Below are positions 1 to 9,239 of a stretch of DNA of 24,000 bases, in pieces; position 1 is the first letter of the stretch; every line of letters starts with the position of its first letter. Source of the DNA: Pelagibius litoralis. Its GTDB lineage: Bacteria > Pseudomonadota > Alphaproteobacteria > Kiloniellales > DSM-21159. Where the stretch lies: the NCBI GenBank assembly GCA_029287455.1, contig JARFRB010000052.1:35599-59598 (forward strand). Reading direction: 5' to 3'. A model generated the notes under the pieces. It searched no databases and was not told where the DNA came from. It saw nothing but the letters and a program-made list of their open reading frames with translations. The translations under genes and the position numbers were made by a program.

Positions 1-1
1 T

Positions 2-1273
2 GCCCTCGAGGCGCGCGGCGCGGCGATCAACGTTGCCGCCTTCATCGGCCACAGCGCGCTGCGCACCTATGTCATGGGCGCCGACGCCGTCGAGCGGGCC
101 GCTACCCCCGAGGAGATCGAGCGCATGGCCGGGATTGTCGGCGAGGCCATGCGGGCCGGCGCTGTCGGCTTCGCGACCTCCACGGCCCCCCAGCACAACG
201 GCTGGGGTGGCATTCCCATGCCCTCCCGCCTTGCGGATGATGCAGAACTCCTGGCCTTGGCACGCGCGATGCGGTCAGAGGGCTACGGCCTCTTCATGCT
301 GACCAAGGGCGACCGCACCGATGTTGCCTATCTGGAAGAGCTTGCCGGCAAGGCGGATTGCCCGATCATGATCGCCGCGTTGTTGCACAATCCCACCAAC
401 CCCGGCGGCACCTTGACCGAGCTGGCGCGCATCGGCGAAGCGCGGGCACGGGGCCACGAGCTTTGGGGACAAGTTAGCTGCTGCCCGCTGACCATGGATT
501 TCAGCCTGGCCTCGGCCTACCCCCTGGAAGGCTTGCGCGCCTGGAAGCCCGCGGCCCAGGCCACCGGCCCCGAACTTCGGCGGGTGCTTGCCGATCCAAG
601 CTTCCGGCAGGCGGTGAAGGACGAGCTCGCCCAACCCGCCGGCGTGCGCCTCTTCAACGGCGAGTGGCACAAGCTGGTGCTGACCGAGGCGGCAAAGCCG
701 GAAAACCGGCCCCTGGAAGACCGCAACGTCGCCGATCTGGCCGCCGAGGCGGGCCAGGATCCGCTCGACTGGATGCTGGACTTCGCCCTCTCGGAGGACC
801 TCGACTCCCTCTTCACCGCGCTGTTGTTGAACTCGGACGAAGAGGCGGTGGGCAAGATGATCCGAGATCCCAATGCCTCCGTAGCGCTCTCGGACGCGGG
901 CGCGCATCTCACTTTCTTCTGCGACGCCGGGTTCGGCCTGCACCTCATGGGGCATTGGTCTCGCGAACTGAGCCATCTCAGCCTGGAAGAAGCGGTGCAC
1001 GAACTGACGGGCAAGCCTGCCGGGATTTTCCGCCTTCCCGGGCGCGGCACCATCGCGCCGGGCCAGGCAGCCGATATCCTGCTCTTCGACCCGGAGACGG
1101 TGGGGCGCGGACCGAAGCGCCGGGTCACCGACCTGCCGGGCGGGGCACCGCGGCTGACTACCGACGCGGTGGGGCTTCACGGCCTCTGGGTCAACGGCGA
1201 GACCATCATGGACCGCGATGGCCGCATGCTACCGGGCAAGCGCGCGGGCCGTCTGCTGCGCGCATCGGCTTGA
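2..1273 (+). CDS. N-acyl-D-amino-acid deacylase (D-aminoacylase) family amidohydrolase, 5'-truncated by the window edge
   Basis: The frame is open from base 2 (ALEARGAAINVAAFIGHSALRTYVMG...), so the ATG at 74 is internal. The translated sequence resembles the C-terminal two-thirds of D-aminoacylase-type amidohydrolases (GHSALRTYVMG, SDAGAHLTFFCDAGFG, ADILLFDPETV, LHGLWVNGE). Stop is TGA at 1271-1273. Family assignment is from memory of family motifs, not a search. Confidence 0.7.
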   Translation, partial: ALEARGAAINVAAFIGHSALRTYVMGADAVERAATPEEIERMAGIVGEAMRAGAVGFATSTAPQHNGWGGIPMPSRLADDAELLALARAMRSEGYGLFMLTKGDRTDVAYLEELAGKADCPIMIAALLHNPTNPGGTLTELARIGEARARGHELWGQVSCCPLTMDFSLASAYPLEGLRAWKPAAQATGPELRRVLADPSFRQAVKDELAQPAGVRLFNGEWHKLVLTEAAKPENRPLEDRNVADLAAEAGQDPLDWMLDFALSEDLDSLFTALLLNSDEEAVGKMIRDPNASVALSDAGAHLTFFCDAGFGLHLMGHWSRELSHLSLEEAVHELTGKPAGIFRLPGRGTIAPGQAADILLFDPETVGRGPKRRVTDLPGGAPRLTTDAVGLHGLWVNGETIMDRDGRMLPGKRAGRLLRASA

Positions 1274-1277
1274 CCGG

Positions 1278-2174
1278 CTAGGCCTCGAAGTCCAGGCCCC
1301 ATGCCCGGTATCTTTCCGGGTCGTCGAGCCAGCCCTCGCGCACCTTGACGAACAGGAAGAGGTGCACTTTGCGCCCGAGCATCTCCTCGAGATCCTTCTG
1401 CGCCGATTCGCGCGCGGCGCGGATCGAGCGCCCGCCTTGGCCAATGACGATACGTTTATGGCCTTCGCGCTGAACGTAAATCGTTTGCTCGATCTTCACC
1501 GAGCCGTCGTCGAAGTCTTCCCACCTCTCAGTCTCAACTGTGAGCGAGTAAGGAATCTCCTGATGCAAGAGCAGGAACAGCTTCTCCCGGGTCACCTCGG
1601 CCGCGAGCGCGCGCTCCGGCTGATCGGACAGCTGATCCTCCGGGTAAAGCCAGGGACCCTCGGGAAGCTCTCCGGCAACCCAGGCCAAAAGGTCGTCCAC
1701 GCCGTCCCGCTTGCTCGCCGAAATCATGAAAATGCGCTCGAAATGGCCGGTGGCCTCGAAGGCCGTTGCCAGGTCCAAGAGTTTTTCCCGGGGCAAGGTA
1801 TCGATCTTGTTGAGAACCAGCGCAAGGCGGCGCGCCCGGCGCGCCAGCTCCTCGATGAGGGACAGGGCATCACCGTCCGGCCGACCGCGCTGCACGTCAT
1901 GCAGCAAAAGCACCAAATCCGCATCTTCCACTCCCGCCCAGGCCGCCGCCACCATGGCGCGCTCGAGCCGGCGCTTGGGCTGAAACAGCCCAGGCGTATC
2001 GACGAAGACGATTTGGCTTTCGCCGGAAAGCGCGATTCCACGCAGGCGCGCGCGGGTGGTCTGCACCTTGTGGGTCACGATCGATATCTTCGCGCCGACC
2101 GCCTGGTTCAGCAAAGTCGACTTGCCGGCATTCGGGGCACCGACCAGGGCAACAATGCCGCAGCGCTGAGTCAT
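1278..2174 (-). CDS. era: GTPase Era
   Basis: 298 aa. GTPase motifs GAPNAGKST (G1), DTPG (G3) and NKID (G4), with a C-terminal KH domain (VIGQGGRSIRAAR). The ATG at 2174-2172 overlaps the rnc stop TGA (2173-2171) as ATGA. This is the canonical rnc-era arrangement. Confidence 0.95.
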   Translation of the reverse strand: MTQRCGIVALVGAPNAGKSTLLNQAVGAKISIVTHKVQTTRARLRGIALSGESQIVFVDTPGLFQPKRRLERAMVAAAWAGVEDADLVLLLHDVQRGRPDGDALSLIEELARRARRLALVLNKIDTLPREKLLDLATAFEATGHFERIFMISASKRDGVDDLLAWVAGELPEGPWLYPEDQLSDQPERALAAEVTREKLFLLLHQEIPYSLTVETERWEDFDDGSVKIEQTIYVQREGHKRIVIGQGGRSIRAARESAQKDLEEMLGRKVHLFLFVKVREGWLDDPERYRAWGLDFEA

Positions 2175-2878
2175 GCCCGCTCCGCGCCGAGGCGTTTCAG
2201 CAGACGCTCGGCCGCTTCGCGCTCGGCAACGCGCTTGGAGCGACCCTCGCCCCGCTCGGGCGCTTGCCCCTCAACGGCCACCTCCACCGTGAAGACCGGT
2301 GCGTGAGGCGGGCCGCTGCGGGCCACCTCGCGATAGGCGGGAAGGGCGGCGCCGCGCGCTTGCGCCCACTCCTGGAGCGCCGTTTTGGGATCCTGCCGGG
2401 GCCGCGGATCGGCCTCCAGCAAAGCGCGCCAATGGGGTTCGATGAAATCCCGTGCCGCCTCCAGCCCGCCGTCAAGGTAAAGCGCGCCGATTACCGCCTC
2501 GCAGACGTCGGCAAGAATGCTGGGATTGTCTCGCACGCCGGCCTCGGCCTCGCCCGGCGAAGCGGCGATATGAGAGCCAAGGTCGATATCCATTGCGACG
2601 CTCGCCAAGCTTTCCCCGCTGACCAGGGCCGCGAAGCGAATGGCCAGGGTGCCCTCGGCCTCGTCGGGAAACCGCTTCAGCAGCATCTCGGAGACGACCA
2701 GCCCCAAGACACGGTCGCCCAGGACCTCCAGCCGCTCGTATGAGCGCCGTCCGGTGTGGCTGGAATGGGTAAGTGCTTCCTCGAGCAGTTGCGGCTCCGC
2801 GAAGCGGTGCCCAAGGACCTCACCCAGCAGGTTCGCGCGTTCTTGTTGGGCGGCGGCGGGCGTCCTAGCGGATTTCAT
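2171..2878 (-). CDS. rnc: Ribonuclease III
   Basis: RNase III signature ERLEVLGDRVLG, followed by a C-terminal dsRNA-binding domain (PKTALQEWAQARG...PHAPVFTVEV). I chose the ATG at 2878 (MKSARTP...), which overlaps the lepB stop by 14 nt. The track start at 2944 would add 22 low-complexity residues and overlap lepB by 80 nt. The start is uncertain; the gene call is not. Confidence 0.9.
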   Translation of the reverse strand: MKSARTPAAAQQERANLLGEVLGHRFAEPQLLEEALTHSSHTGRRSYERLEVLGDRVLGLVVSEMLLKRFPDEAEGTLAIRFAALVSGESLASVAMDIDLGSHIAASPGEAEAGVRDNPSILADVCEAVIGALYLDGGLEAARDFIEPHWRALLEADPRPRQDPKTALQEWAQARGAALPAYREVARSGPPHAPVFTVEVAVEGQAPERGEGRSKRVAEREAAERLLKRLGAERA

Positions 2879-3620
2879 TGAAGATCCGGTCGAAGCGGAT
2901 CGACGAGGGCCATTTCCAGACTTCCCAGAATTGCGCCGAGCCATTGTGCGAGAAGAAGATGATCTCGGCCCGGCCGATCAGATTCTCGTAGGGAACGAAC
3001 CCCACTTGCCCCTGTACCCGGCTATCCTGGCTGCTGTCACGATTGTCGCCCATGGCGAAGTAGTGTCCCTCCGGCACGCTGTAGACCGGCGTGTTATCCA
3101 AGGGTTCGCTGTCGCTACGCTCCCAGATGCGGTGCTGAACACCGTTCGGAAGGGTTTCCACGTACTCGGTGATTTTGACGGGAAATCCGGTGAGGCCGCT
3201 AACCATCCCCTCGCCCACCTTCTCTCGCGGCACCACCTCGCCGTTAATGTAAAGGCGCCCCTCCCGAACCTGAATTTCGTCGCCCGGCAGACCGACGATA
3301 CGTTTGATGTAGTCGGTGCGGTTATCCGTCGGCAACTTGAAGACCGCAACATCGCCGCGGTCCACCTCACCCTCCAGAATTCGCCCCTCGAACAACGGCA
3401 GGCCCCAGGGGAAGGAATAGCGGCTGTAGCCATGGGAAAACTTCGAGACGAAGAGATAGTCCCCAACCAGCAAGGTAGGCAGCATGGAGCCGGAGGGAAT
3501 CGAGAAGGGCTCGAACAAGAAGGTGCGCATTACGACGGCGATAAGGACCGCGTAGACGATCGTGCGCAGCGTCTCGCCGATGCCGCCGCCCTTCTTGGCC
3601 CGAGTAACCGATGATGTCAT
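2865..3620 (-). CDS. lepB: Signal peptidase I
   Basis: N-terminal TM segment (LRTIVYAVLIAVVMRTFLF). SPase I boxes IPSGSMLPTL (Ser nucleophile), GDYLFVSK, YIKRIVGLPGD (Lys) and GDNRDSSQDSR. The start is set at ATG 3620 (MTSSVTRAKKGG...). The track start at 3782 would overlap acpS and adds non-homologous sequence. Confidence 0.9.
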   Translation of the reverse strand: MTSSVTRAKKGGGIGETLRTIVYAVLIAVVMRTFLFEPFSIPSGSMLPTLLVGDYLFVSKFSHGYSRYSFPWGLPLFEGRILEGEVDRGDVAVFKLPTDNRTDYIKRIVGLPGDEIQVREGRLYINGEVVPREKVGEGMVSGLTGFPVKITEYVETLPNGVQHRIWERSDSEPLDNTPVYSVPEGHYFAMGDNRDSSQDSRVQGQVGFVPYENLIGRAEIIFFSHNGSAQFWEVWKWPSSIRFDRIFNEIR

Positions 3621-3684
3621 GAGTGAGAGGGTCCCCTCGATCCTTTTTCCCAGCGTCCCAAAGCCGCAGGCTGGGGGTATAGCG

Positions 3685-4095
3685 TCATGCTTGGTTCGAG
3701 GGAACAGCCGATATGATAACGATAACCTGCGCCAGCGGATAGTCATCGGTGATGGTGATGTCGATCTGCGCCTCCATCCCACTTGGCACCATCTCGGCCA
3801 AGCGCCGCGCCGCGCCGCCGGTCAAGGCCATGGTCGGCTTGCCGCTGGGCAGATTAACGACGCCAAGATCGCGCCAATGGACGCCGCGCCGCGGTACACC
3901 CGTGCCCAAGGCCTTGGCACAGGCTTCCTTGGCGGCGAAGCGCTTTGCGTAGCTGGCCGCGCGGGCGGCGCGCCGGTCCGATTTCTTCTGCTCGACCTCG
4001 GTGAACACGCGCTGCACGAAACGATCGCCGAAGCGATCCAGCGTCTTCTCCACCCGCCGGATGTCGATCAAATCGTTGCCCAGACCCAAAATCAT
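3685..4095 (-). CDS. acpS: Holo-[acyl-carrier-protein] synthase (4'-phosphopantetheinyl transferase)
   Basis: 136 aa. [17 protein letters not shown]... and [12 protein letters not shown] are typical AcpS motifs. It sits in the canonical pdxJ-acpS position. Confidence 0.9.
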   Translation of the reverse strand: MILGLGNDLIDIRRVEKTLDRFGDRFVQRVFTEVEQKKSDRRAARAASYAKRFAAKEACAKALGTGVPRRGVHWRDLGVVNLPSGKPTMALTGGAARRLAEMVPSGMEAQIDITITDDYPLAQVIVIISAVPSNQA

Positions 4096-4135
4096 ATCGC
4101 CGCCACCGTTATCCCCCGCGCGTCAGCCCGGCGCC

Positions 4136-4909
4136 TTACGCCGTGCGGGAGCCGAGGGAGTCGGCCCGCGCTTTATCCATGATCGCCCGCATCCGCTTGA
4201 TCGAGCTGTCCAGACCGCCGAAAATCGCCTCGCCAATCAGGAAATGCCCGATGTTAAGCTCCATGACCGTTGGAATCGCGGCGACCGGGGTGACGTTATC
4301 GAAGGTCAGCCCATGCCCCGCGTGGCATTCCAGGCCAAGGGCCTCCGCATGTGCCGCGCCGCGAACGAGGCGATCGAGCTCACCCAGAGTGGCCGGGGCA
4401 GTCGCACCCGCCTCGTAGAAGGCTTCGCAATAAGCTCCGGTATGCAACTCGATCACCGGGACGCCCAGCGCGGCGGCGGCATCGAGTTGGGCGGGATCTG
4501 GATCAACGAAGAGAGAGACGCGCACACCGGCCTCTGTCAGCCGGCCCACCACCGGCTCAAGCCCCTGCCGGCCCCCTGCGGCATCCAGGCCACCCTCCGT
4601 GGTCACTTCCTCGCGCCGTTCCGGCACGATGCAGGCGGCATGGGGGCGGTGTTTCACCGCGATCGCCAGCATTTCATCGGTTGCCGCCATTTCCAGGTTG
4701 AGGGGCAGTGCGATCTCCGCCACCAAGCGCTCGATGTCTCCGTCGGTCATGTGCCGCCGGTCCTCGCGCAAGTGGGCCGTGATGCCGTCGGCACCAGCGG
4801 CCTGCGCCACGGCCGCGGCGCGCAGGGGGTCGGGATGCGGCCCGCCGCGCGCGTTGCGGATCGTGGCAACGTGATCGATGTTCACTCCAAGTCTCAGGCG
4901 GCCCTTCAT
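4136..4909 (-). CDS. pdxJ: Pyridoxine 5'-phosphate synthase
   Basis: [23 protein letters not shown]..., LNLEMA and ECHAGHGL match PdxJ along its length. The start ATG at 4909-4907 overlaps the upstream gene's TGA (4908-4906) as ATGA. The track start at 5047 is a spurious Ala/Arg/Pro-rich extension. Confidence 0.92.
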   Translation of the reverse strand: MKGRLRLGVNIDHVATIRNARGGPHPDPLRAAAVAQAAGADGITAHLREDRRHMTDGDIERLVAEIALPLNLEMAATDEMLAIAVKHRPHAACIVPERREEVTTEGGLDAAGGRQGLEPVVGRLTEAGVRVSLFVDPDPAQLDAAAALGVPVIELHTGAYCEAFYEAGATAPATLGELDRLVRGAAHAEALGLECHAGHGLTFDNVTPVAAIPTVMELNIGHFLIGEAIFGGLDSSIKRMRAIMDKARADSLGSRTA

Positions 4910-5511
4910 CCTTGATGCTCCCTGGCCGCGGCCAGGGCCTCTTTCTGTCGCGCGCGCTCGATGCGCCGCAGGCGTTTCTCCTCGCGCCGCTCCAACCGGC
5001 GCCGACGGGCGGCTTGATAGGTGCTCACCAAACGCCGGGACGGCCAAAAGGCTACACCCCAGGCAAGCGCCGCGGTCGGCAAGCTGCCGACGAACATCGG
5101 CCAGAGAACCTGCCAGGGATTGTCGAAAATGTAGCCGAAGGACAAATTCGGGGGAAGCGTGGAAACACCCTCGTCATGCCCCAGCAGCCAATGCCCCAGG
5201 CCATAGGTCCAGGCCCAGATAAAGGGAAAGGTCCAGGGGTTGCCGACCACCGTGCCGATGGCCGAAGCCATGATATTCCCGCGCGTGAGCCAGGCCAGGA
5301 TCGCGGCGGCCACGAAATGCAGTCCGATCAGCGGGGTCATCGAGACCGCTGCACCGGACGCAAAGCCCGCCGCGATGCGATAGGGCGTCCCGGGCAAGCG
5401 GCCGACGCGGTGGCCGATATAGCGCGCGGTGCGCGCCCAGCCTCGATGCGGCCAAAGCGCGTGCTTGAGCCAAGTTACCGGTGCAAGAGGCGTGCGTCGC
5501 TTAAAGAGCAT
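4906..5511 (-). CDS. DUF2062-family integral membrane protein
   Basis: MLFKRRTPL...[48 protein letters not shown]... matches my recollection of the DUF2062 N-terminal pattern. It has 3-4 hydrophobic segments and a basic C-terminal tail. The start is either ATG 5511 or the GTG at 5544 used by the track; neither has a clear SD. Confidence 0.7.
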   Translation of the reverse strand: MLFKRRTPLAPVTWLKHALWPHRGWARTARYIGHRVGRLPGTPYRIAAGFASGAAVSMTPLIGLHFVAAAILAWLTRGNIMASAIGTVVGNPWTFPFIWAWTYGLGHWLLGHDEGVSTLPPNLSFGYIFDNPWQVLWPMFVGSLPTAALAWGVAFWPSRRLVSTYQAARRRRLERREEKRLRRIERARQKEALAAAREHQG

Positions 5512-5590
5512 GGCGCTGAACGTCGAACCCGCGGCCGAAATCACTCAAGGGGATTCCAGGCCACGCAAAGAGAGTCGATAATGACGCTGG

Positions 5591-5618
5591 AATATATTGG
5601 TTACCGATGAATTAACAA
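5591..5618 (-). promoter_or_regulatory. Candidate sigma70-type promoter for the DUF2062-pdxJ-acpS-lepB-rnc-era block
   Basis: The minus strand reads TTGTTA (5618-5613), 16 nt, TATATT (5596-5591), inside an AT-rich island between the spoT stop and the DUF2062 start. This is a pattern match only. Confidence 0.3.
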
Positions 5619-5705
5619 TCTCGATAGGTCACCTTCCTGGTTCCGCGTGAGCTGTTCGCGAGGCCAACACGCGCCCCAGCGCCCAAGCCCCTGCCCGCTC
5701 TCGGC

Positions 5706-7859
5706 TTATCCACGTGCCCGATCGACGGAGGAAATCGCGGGCATGGTCCGTAACGCGGCAATAATGTTTGTCAGATGCCGAACGTCCACGACTTCCAGAT
5801 CGATCAGCATTTCGAAAAAATCGATCGACCGGTTAGTGATTTTCAGATTGGAAATGTTGCCTTCGTGCTTGCCGATGACGGTCGACAAGCTGCCAAGGTT
5901 GCCAGGCTCGTTCATGACCACAAGATGCAAGCGCCCAGTGAAGGGCTCGTTGTCGGTTTCCCTCTCCCACGACAAGTCGACCCAGCGTTCCGGGGTATCC
6001 TGATAGGCCTGCAGGGTGTCGCAATCGATGGTGTGGACGGTGACCCCTTTCCCGGTGGTCACGATGCCCACGATCCGGTCGCCGGGCAGCGGATGACAGC
6101 ACTGGGCGAAATGCATGGCCATACCGGGAATGAGGCCCTTGATCGGAACCGCGCTCTCGCGCCCCTTTGACTTGTTGCGCCCGCGTGAGATCGAAACGAC
6201 CTTTTGCGGTTTGTCCTTGTCCTTCACCCCCGGGAAGACCGACACCAGCACTTCCCTGGCGGTCATGTTTCCCTGGCCGACCGCGACATAGACGTCTGCC
6301 ACGCTGTCGGCCTTCAGCTTCTTCAGAACTCCCGCCACACCCTTTTCGGTCAGATCGAAGCCCTCGTGGCGAAACGCCCGCTCGAGCATCTGTTTGCCAA
6401 GCTCGGCGAACTGCGCGCGCTGCTCTAGGCGAACGAAACGGCGCACCGCCGCCTTCGCCTTTCCGGTGACGACGAAGGATTCCCAATCGGGCGAAGGGGT
6501 CTGCACCTTGGAGGTGACGATATCCACCTGATCGCCGTTGCGCAGCAAGGAGCGCACCGGAACCATTCTTCCATTGACCCGCGCGCCGACGCAGGTGTTC
6601 CCAACCTCGGAGTGGACGGCATACGCGAAGTCGATCGGCGTGGACCCGCGCGGGAGCGCGATGAGATCGCCCTTGGGCGTGAAGCAGAAGACCTGGTCCT
6701 GGTACATCTCGAGCTTGGTGTGCTCGAGGAATTCCTCCGGATTGGCGGTATGCTCCAGAATGTCGAGGAGTTCGCGGATCCAGCGGAACTGCCGCCCCTC
6801 GACAAGGCTGCTCGTGTCACCCGGTGCCTGCTTGTACTTCCAGTGGGCCGCGACCCCGAACTCGGCCACGTCATGCATCTCGCGCGTGCGGATCTGCACC
6901 TCGATCCTTTGACGCTCCGGCCCGATCAAGCCGCTGTGCAGGGAACGGTAGCCGTTGGGCTTCGGCGTTGAAATGTAGTCCTTGAAGCGCCCGGGCACGA
7001 CCGGGTAATGGCTATGCAGGCTACCGAGCGCGCGGTAACAATCGTCAACGGAGCCAACGACCACCCGGAACGCCATGATGTCGGCGAGCTGCTCGAAGCC
7101 GACATTGCGCCTTTGCATCTTCCGCCAGATGGAATAGGGGGTCTTAATCCGGCCCGAAACCCAGGCTTCCACGCCGTCCCCCGCGAGATCTCGGGCAAGC
7201 TGGTCGTTGACGCGCTGGGTGACGTTGCCGCCCTGCTCCTCCAGGAACTCCAAGCGTGCGACGATGGAGTTGCGGGCATCCGGATTGAGCTCGGCGAAGG
7301 CAAGATCGTCGAGCTCGTCCTTGAACCGCTGCATACCGATCCGCTCGGCCAGGGGCGCGTAGATATCCATGGTCTCGCGGGCGATGCGCTTTCGCTTGTC
7401 CTCGGACTTGACGAAGCGCAGGGTCCGCATGTTGTGCAGGCGGTCGGCGAGCTTGACCATCAAGACCCGGATGTCCTCGCTCATAGCGAGAACGAGCTTT
7501 CGAAAATTCTCTGCGTGCTTGGTTTGCTCGGATTGCAACTCCAACCGGCCGAGCTTGGTGACGCCATCCACGAGCCGCGCGATTTCCGGCCCGAACATGC
7601 GCTCGATGTCTTCGAGCGTGCCCTCCGTATCCTCCACCACATCGTGCAGAAGCGCCGTGATGATGGAATCCCCATCGAGCTTCAGATCGGTGAGGATGCC
7701 CGCGACCTCTACCGGATGCGCGAAATAGGGGTCGCCCGACTCCCGGGTCTGGGTGCCATGCATATTCGTGCCGTAGACGTAGGCGCGATTTAGCAGGTTG
7801 TCGTCCGCCCCAGGGTCGTACGACTTAACCCTTTCGACCAATTCGAATTGCCGCATCAT
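5706..7859 (-). CDS. spoT: Bifunctional (p)ppGpp synthetase/hydrolase (Rsh/SpoT-Rel type)
   Basis: HD hydrolase domain (HPVEVAGIL...LLHDVVEDT). Synthetase domain (RIKTPYSIWRKM, GYRSLH, and GRFKD, which is the RxKD motif of bifunctional enzymes). TGS domain (VFCFTPKGDLIALPRGSTPIDFAYAVHSEVG) and a C-terminal ACT-like domain. The start is set at the ATG-ATG pair (7859/7856; MMRQFELVERV) rather than the upstream GTG at 7886 used by the track. Confidence 0.95.
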   Translation of the reverse strand: MMRQFELVERVKSYDPGADDNLLNRAYVYGTNMHGTQTRESGDPYFAHPVEVAGILTDLKLDGDSIITALLHDVVEDTEGTLEDIERMFGPEIARLVDGVTKLGRLELQSEQTKHAENFRKLVLAMSEDIRVLMVKLADRLHNMRTLRFVKSEDKRKRIARETMDIYAPLAERIGMQRFKDELDDLAFAELNPDARNSIVARLEFLEEQGGNVTQRVNDQLARDLAGDGVEAWVSGRIKTPYSIWRKMQRRNVGFEQLADIMAFRVVVGSVDDCYRALGSLHSHYPVVPGRFKDYISTPKPNGYRSLHSGLIGPERQRIEVQIRTREMHDVAEFGVAAHWKYKQAPGDTSSLVEGRQFRWIRELLDILEHTANPEEFLEHTKLEMYQDQVFCFTPKGDLIALPRGSTPIDFAYAVHSEVGNTCVGARVNGRMVPVRSLLRNGDQVDIVTSKVQTPSPDWESFVVTGKAKAAVRRFVRLEQRAQFAELGKQMLERAFRHEGFDLTEKGVAGVLKKLKADSVADVYVAVGQGNMTAREVLVSVFPGVKDKDKPQKVVSISRGRNKSKGRESAVPIKGLIPGMAMHFAQCCHPLPGDRIVGIVTTGKGVTVHTIDCDTLQAYQDTPERWVDLSWERETDNEPFTGRLHLVVMNEPGNLGSLSTVIGKHEGNISNLKITNRSIDFFEMLIDLEVVDVRHLTNIIAALRTMPAISSVDRARG

Positions 7860-7893
7860 GTCCTTGAGTCGCGCCGCCGATTGCACTCTCGCC

Positions 7894-7916
7894 CATTATA
7901 ATCATTATAATCATAA
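7894..7916 (-). promoter_or_regulatory. Tandem 9-bp AT-rich repeat carrying two perfect TATAAT hexamers; candidate spoT promoter -10 region
   Basis: The plus strand reads cattataat|cattataat|cataa. The minus strand therefore reads ATTATAATG twice, with TATAAT at 7900-7895 and 7909-7904. This lies 35-50 nt upstream of the spoT ATG at 7859. A weak -35 (TTAGCC) lies 16 nt upstream of the proximal hexamer. Confidence 0.35.
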
Positions 7917-8022
7917 GGCTAAGTGCGTCGGGCGCCAAGGCTCCGCGCGGCGCATTCGCGCATAACGGACGCGATTCTTCGCGTTTGGGCCGCGTCGGCG
8001 CTAAAAGGCTATACGCGGACGG

Positions 8023-8454
8023 CTAGATTTGGCTGGTTTCGTCCTCGCCGGGCGCGGCGTCGGCCGGTGGCGTTTCCTCAGCCGCGGTTTCGACCTCGAC
8101 AATGACCTGGGGCTCGTCGCCCCCCTCGGCGGCCACGGCTTGAGCGACGCCCGCCGCTTCGCTGCTGAGCCCAGCACTGAGGGCGTCTAGTTCCGTCAGC
8201 TCGTCGACTTCTTCGGGCTCGTCCACTTCGACGTGCTTCTGGAGGCCGGAAATTAGCGAGCTGGTCAGCTCTTCGTGGTCAACCGTGCTTTCGGCGATTT
8301 CCCGCAAGGCCACGACCGGATTCTTGTCGTTGTCGCGATCGATTGTCAGGCTGGCGCCGGCGGAGACGTCCCGCGCGCGCTGCGCCGCCAACATCACCAA
8401 CTCGAAGCGGTTGGGAACCTTCAATACGCAATCTTCAACGGTAACGCGTGCCAT
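8023..8454 (-). CDS. rpoZ: DNA-directed RNA polymerase subunit omega
   Basis: [29 protein letters not shown]... is the canonical omega N-terminus, followed by a long acidic C-terminal tail. An AGGAG lies 9 nt upstream of ATG 8454. The alternative ATG at 8460 is only 3 nt from the SD. Confidence 0.93.
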   Translation of the reverse strand: MARVTVEDCVLKVPNRFELVMLAAQRARDVSAGASLTIDRDNDKNPVVALREIAESTVDHEELTSSLISGLQKHVEVDEPEEVDELTELDALSAGLSSEAAGVAQAVAAEGGDEPQVIVEVETAAEETPPADAAPGEDETSQI

Positions 8455-8511
8455 CGCCATAGGCTCCTGGGCTTGAAACGTCTCTAACGCGGATTTCGCG
8501 GGTGAGCGCGG

Positions 8512-8540
8512 AATATAGGGTCGCGCGACGCTTCACGCAA
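8512..8540 (-). promoter_or_regulatory. Candidate sigma70-type promoter for rpoZ(-spoT)
   Basis: The minus strand reads TTGCGT (8540-8535), 17 nt, TATATT (8517-8512), about 50 nt upstream of the rpoZ start. This is a pattern match only. Confidence 0.35.
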
Positions 8541-8557
8541 GCTTCCCGGCACGATTG

Positions 8558-9058
8558 TCACGCAATCGGATAGGCGGTTTGGTCGCGGGGTAGCGCGGAA
8601 ATGAGCTCGGTGACCGACTGCCCGGTCACGGGATGACGCCAATCCGGCGCGACGTCCCGCAAAGGCAGGAGAACAAACGCCCGTTGCGTCAGCCGGGGAT
8701 GAGGCAGCACGGGGACGGCTTCCGGCCCGGAAACCCGGCCCTGATAGTCAAGGAGGTCCAAGTCCAGGATCCGTGCCGCGTTAGCCGCGCCGCGCTGCCG
8801 GCCAAAGGCCTGCTCAACCGCGTGCAATCGGGCCAGAATGCCCGCCGCGTCAAACCCGCTCTCAGGAGAGACTTCCGCCACGGCGTTCACATACCAGGGT
8901 TGTGACGATGGGGGCCAGGGCGGGCTGCGATAAAGCCGCGAGTGCCTCTCAATCGGGAGACCTTCGCTCGCCAGCACACCGCGGGCGGCCACAAGAATCT
9001 CCTCCGGAGCTCCGAACTCCGGATGCGGAAGATTCGATCCCAGGGCAATTAGGATCAT
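8558..9058 (-). CDS. folK: 2-amino-4-hydroxy-6-hydroxymethyldihydropteridine diphosphokinase (HPPK)
   Basis: MILIALGSNL..., RILDLDLLDY and LPHPRLTQRAFVLLPL are typical HPPK motifs. The start is set at ATG 9058 with AAAGGA just upstream. The track start at 9091 adds 11 non-conserved residues. Confidence 0.85.
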   Translation of the reverse strand: MILIALGSNLPHPEFGAPEEILVAARGVLASEGLPIERHSRLYRSPPWPPSSQPWYVNAVAEVSPESGFDAAGILARLHAVEQAFGRQRGAANAARILDLDLLDYQGRVSGPEAVPVLPHPRLTQRAFVLLPLRDVAPDWRHPVTGQSVTELISALPRDQTAYPIA

Positions 9059-9239
9059 ATCCTTTGCTACCTTGCAGGAAAGTCTTGCCAAAACTTAAAA
9101 AGGATGCCACGAAATCAAAAGTTAATTAAATGCCTGATTGAGGCGACTGCGCTTTTGAATACTCCAGGACACTATTCATTTTACATCCCCTTGGAAAAGC
9201 GAGCGACGAGATCGGCTTTCTGACAAGAAAGGATGATTA

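Noticed and set aside
8023-8230. Long acidic C-terminal extension of RpoZ as an unusual feature.
   Set aside because: Omega subunits of Alphaproteobacteria are commonly longer than the E. coli protein and have acidic low-complexity tails. I see nothing distinctive here.
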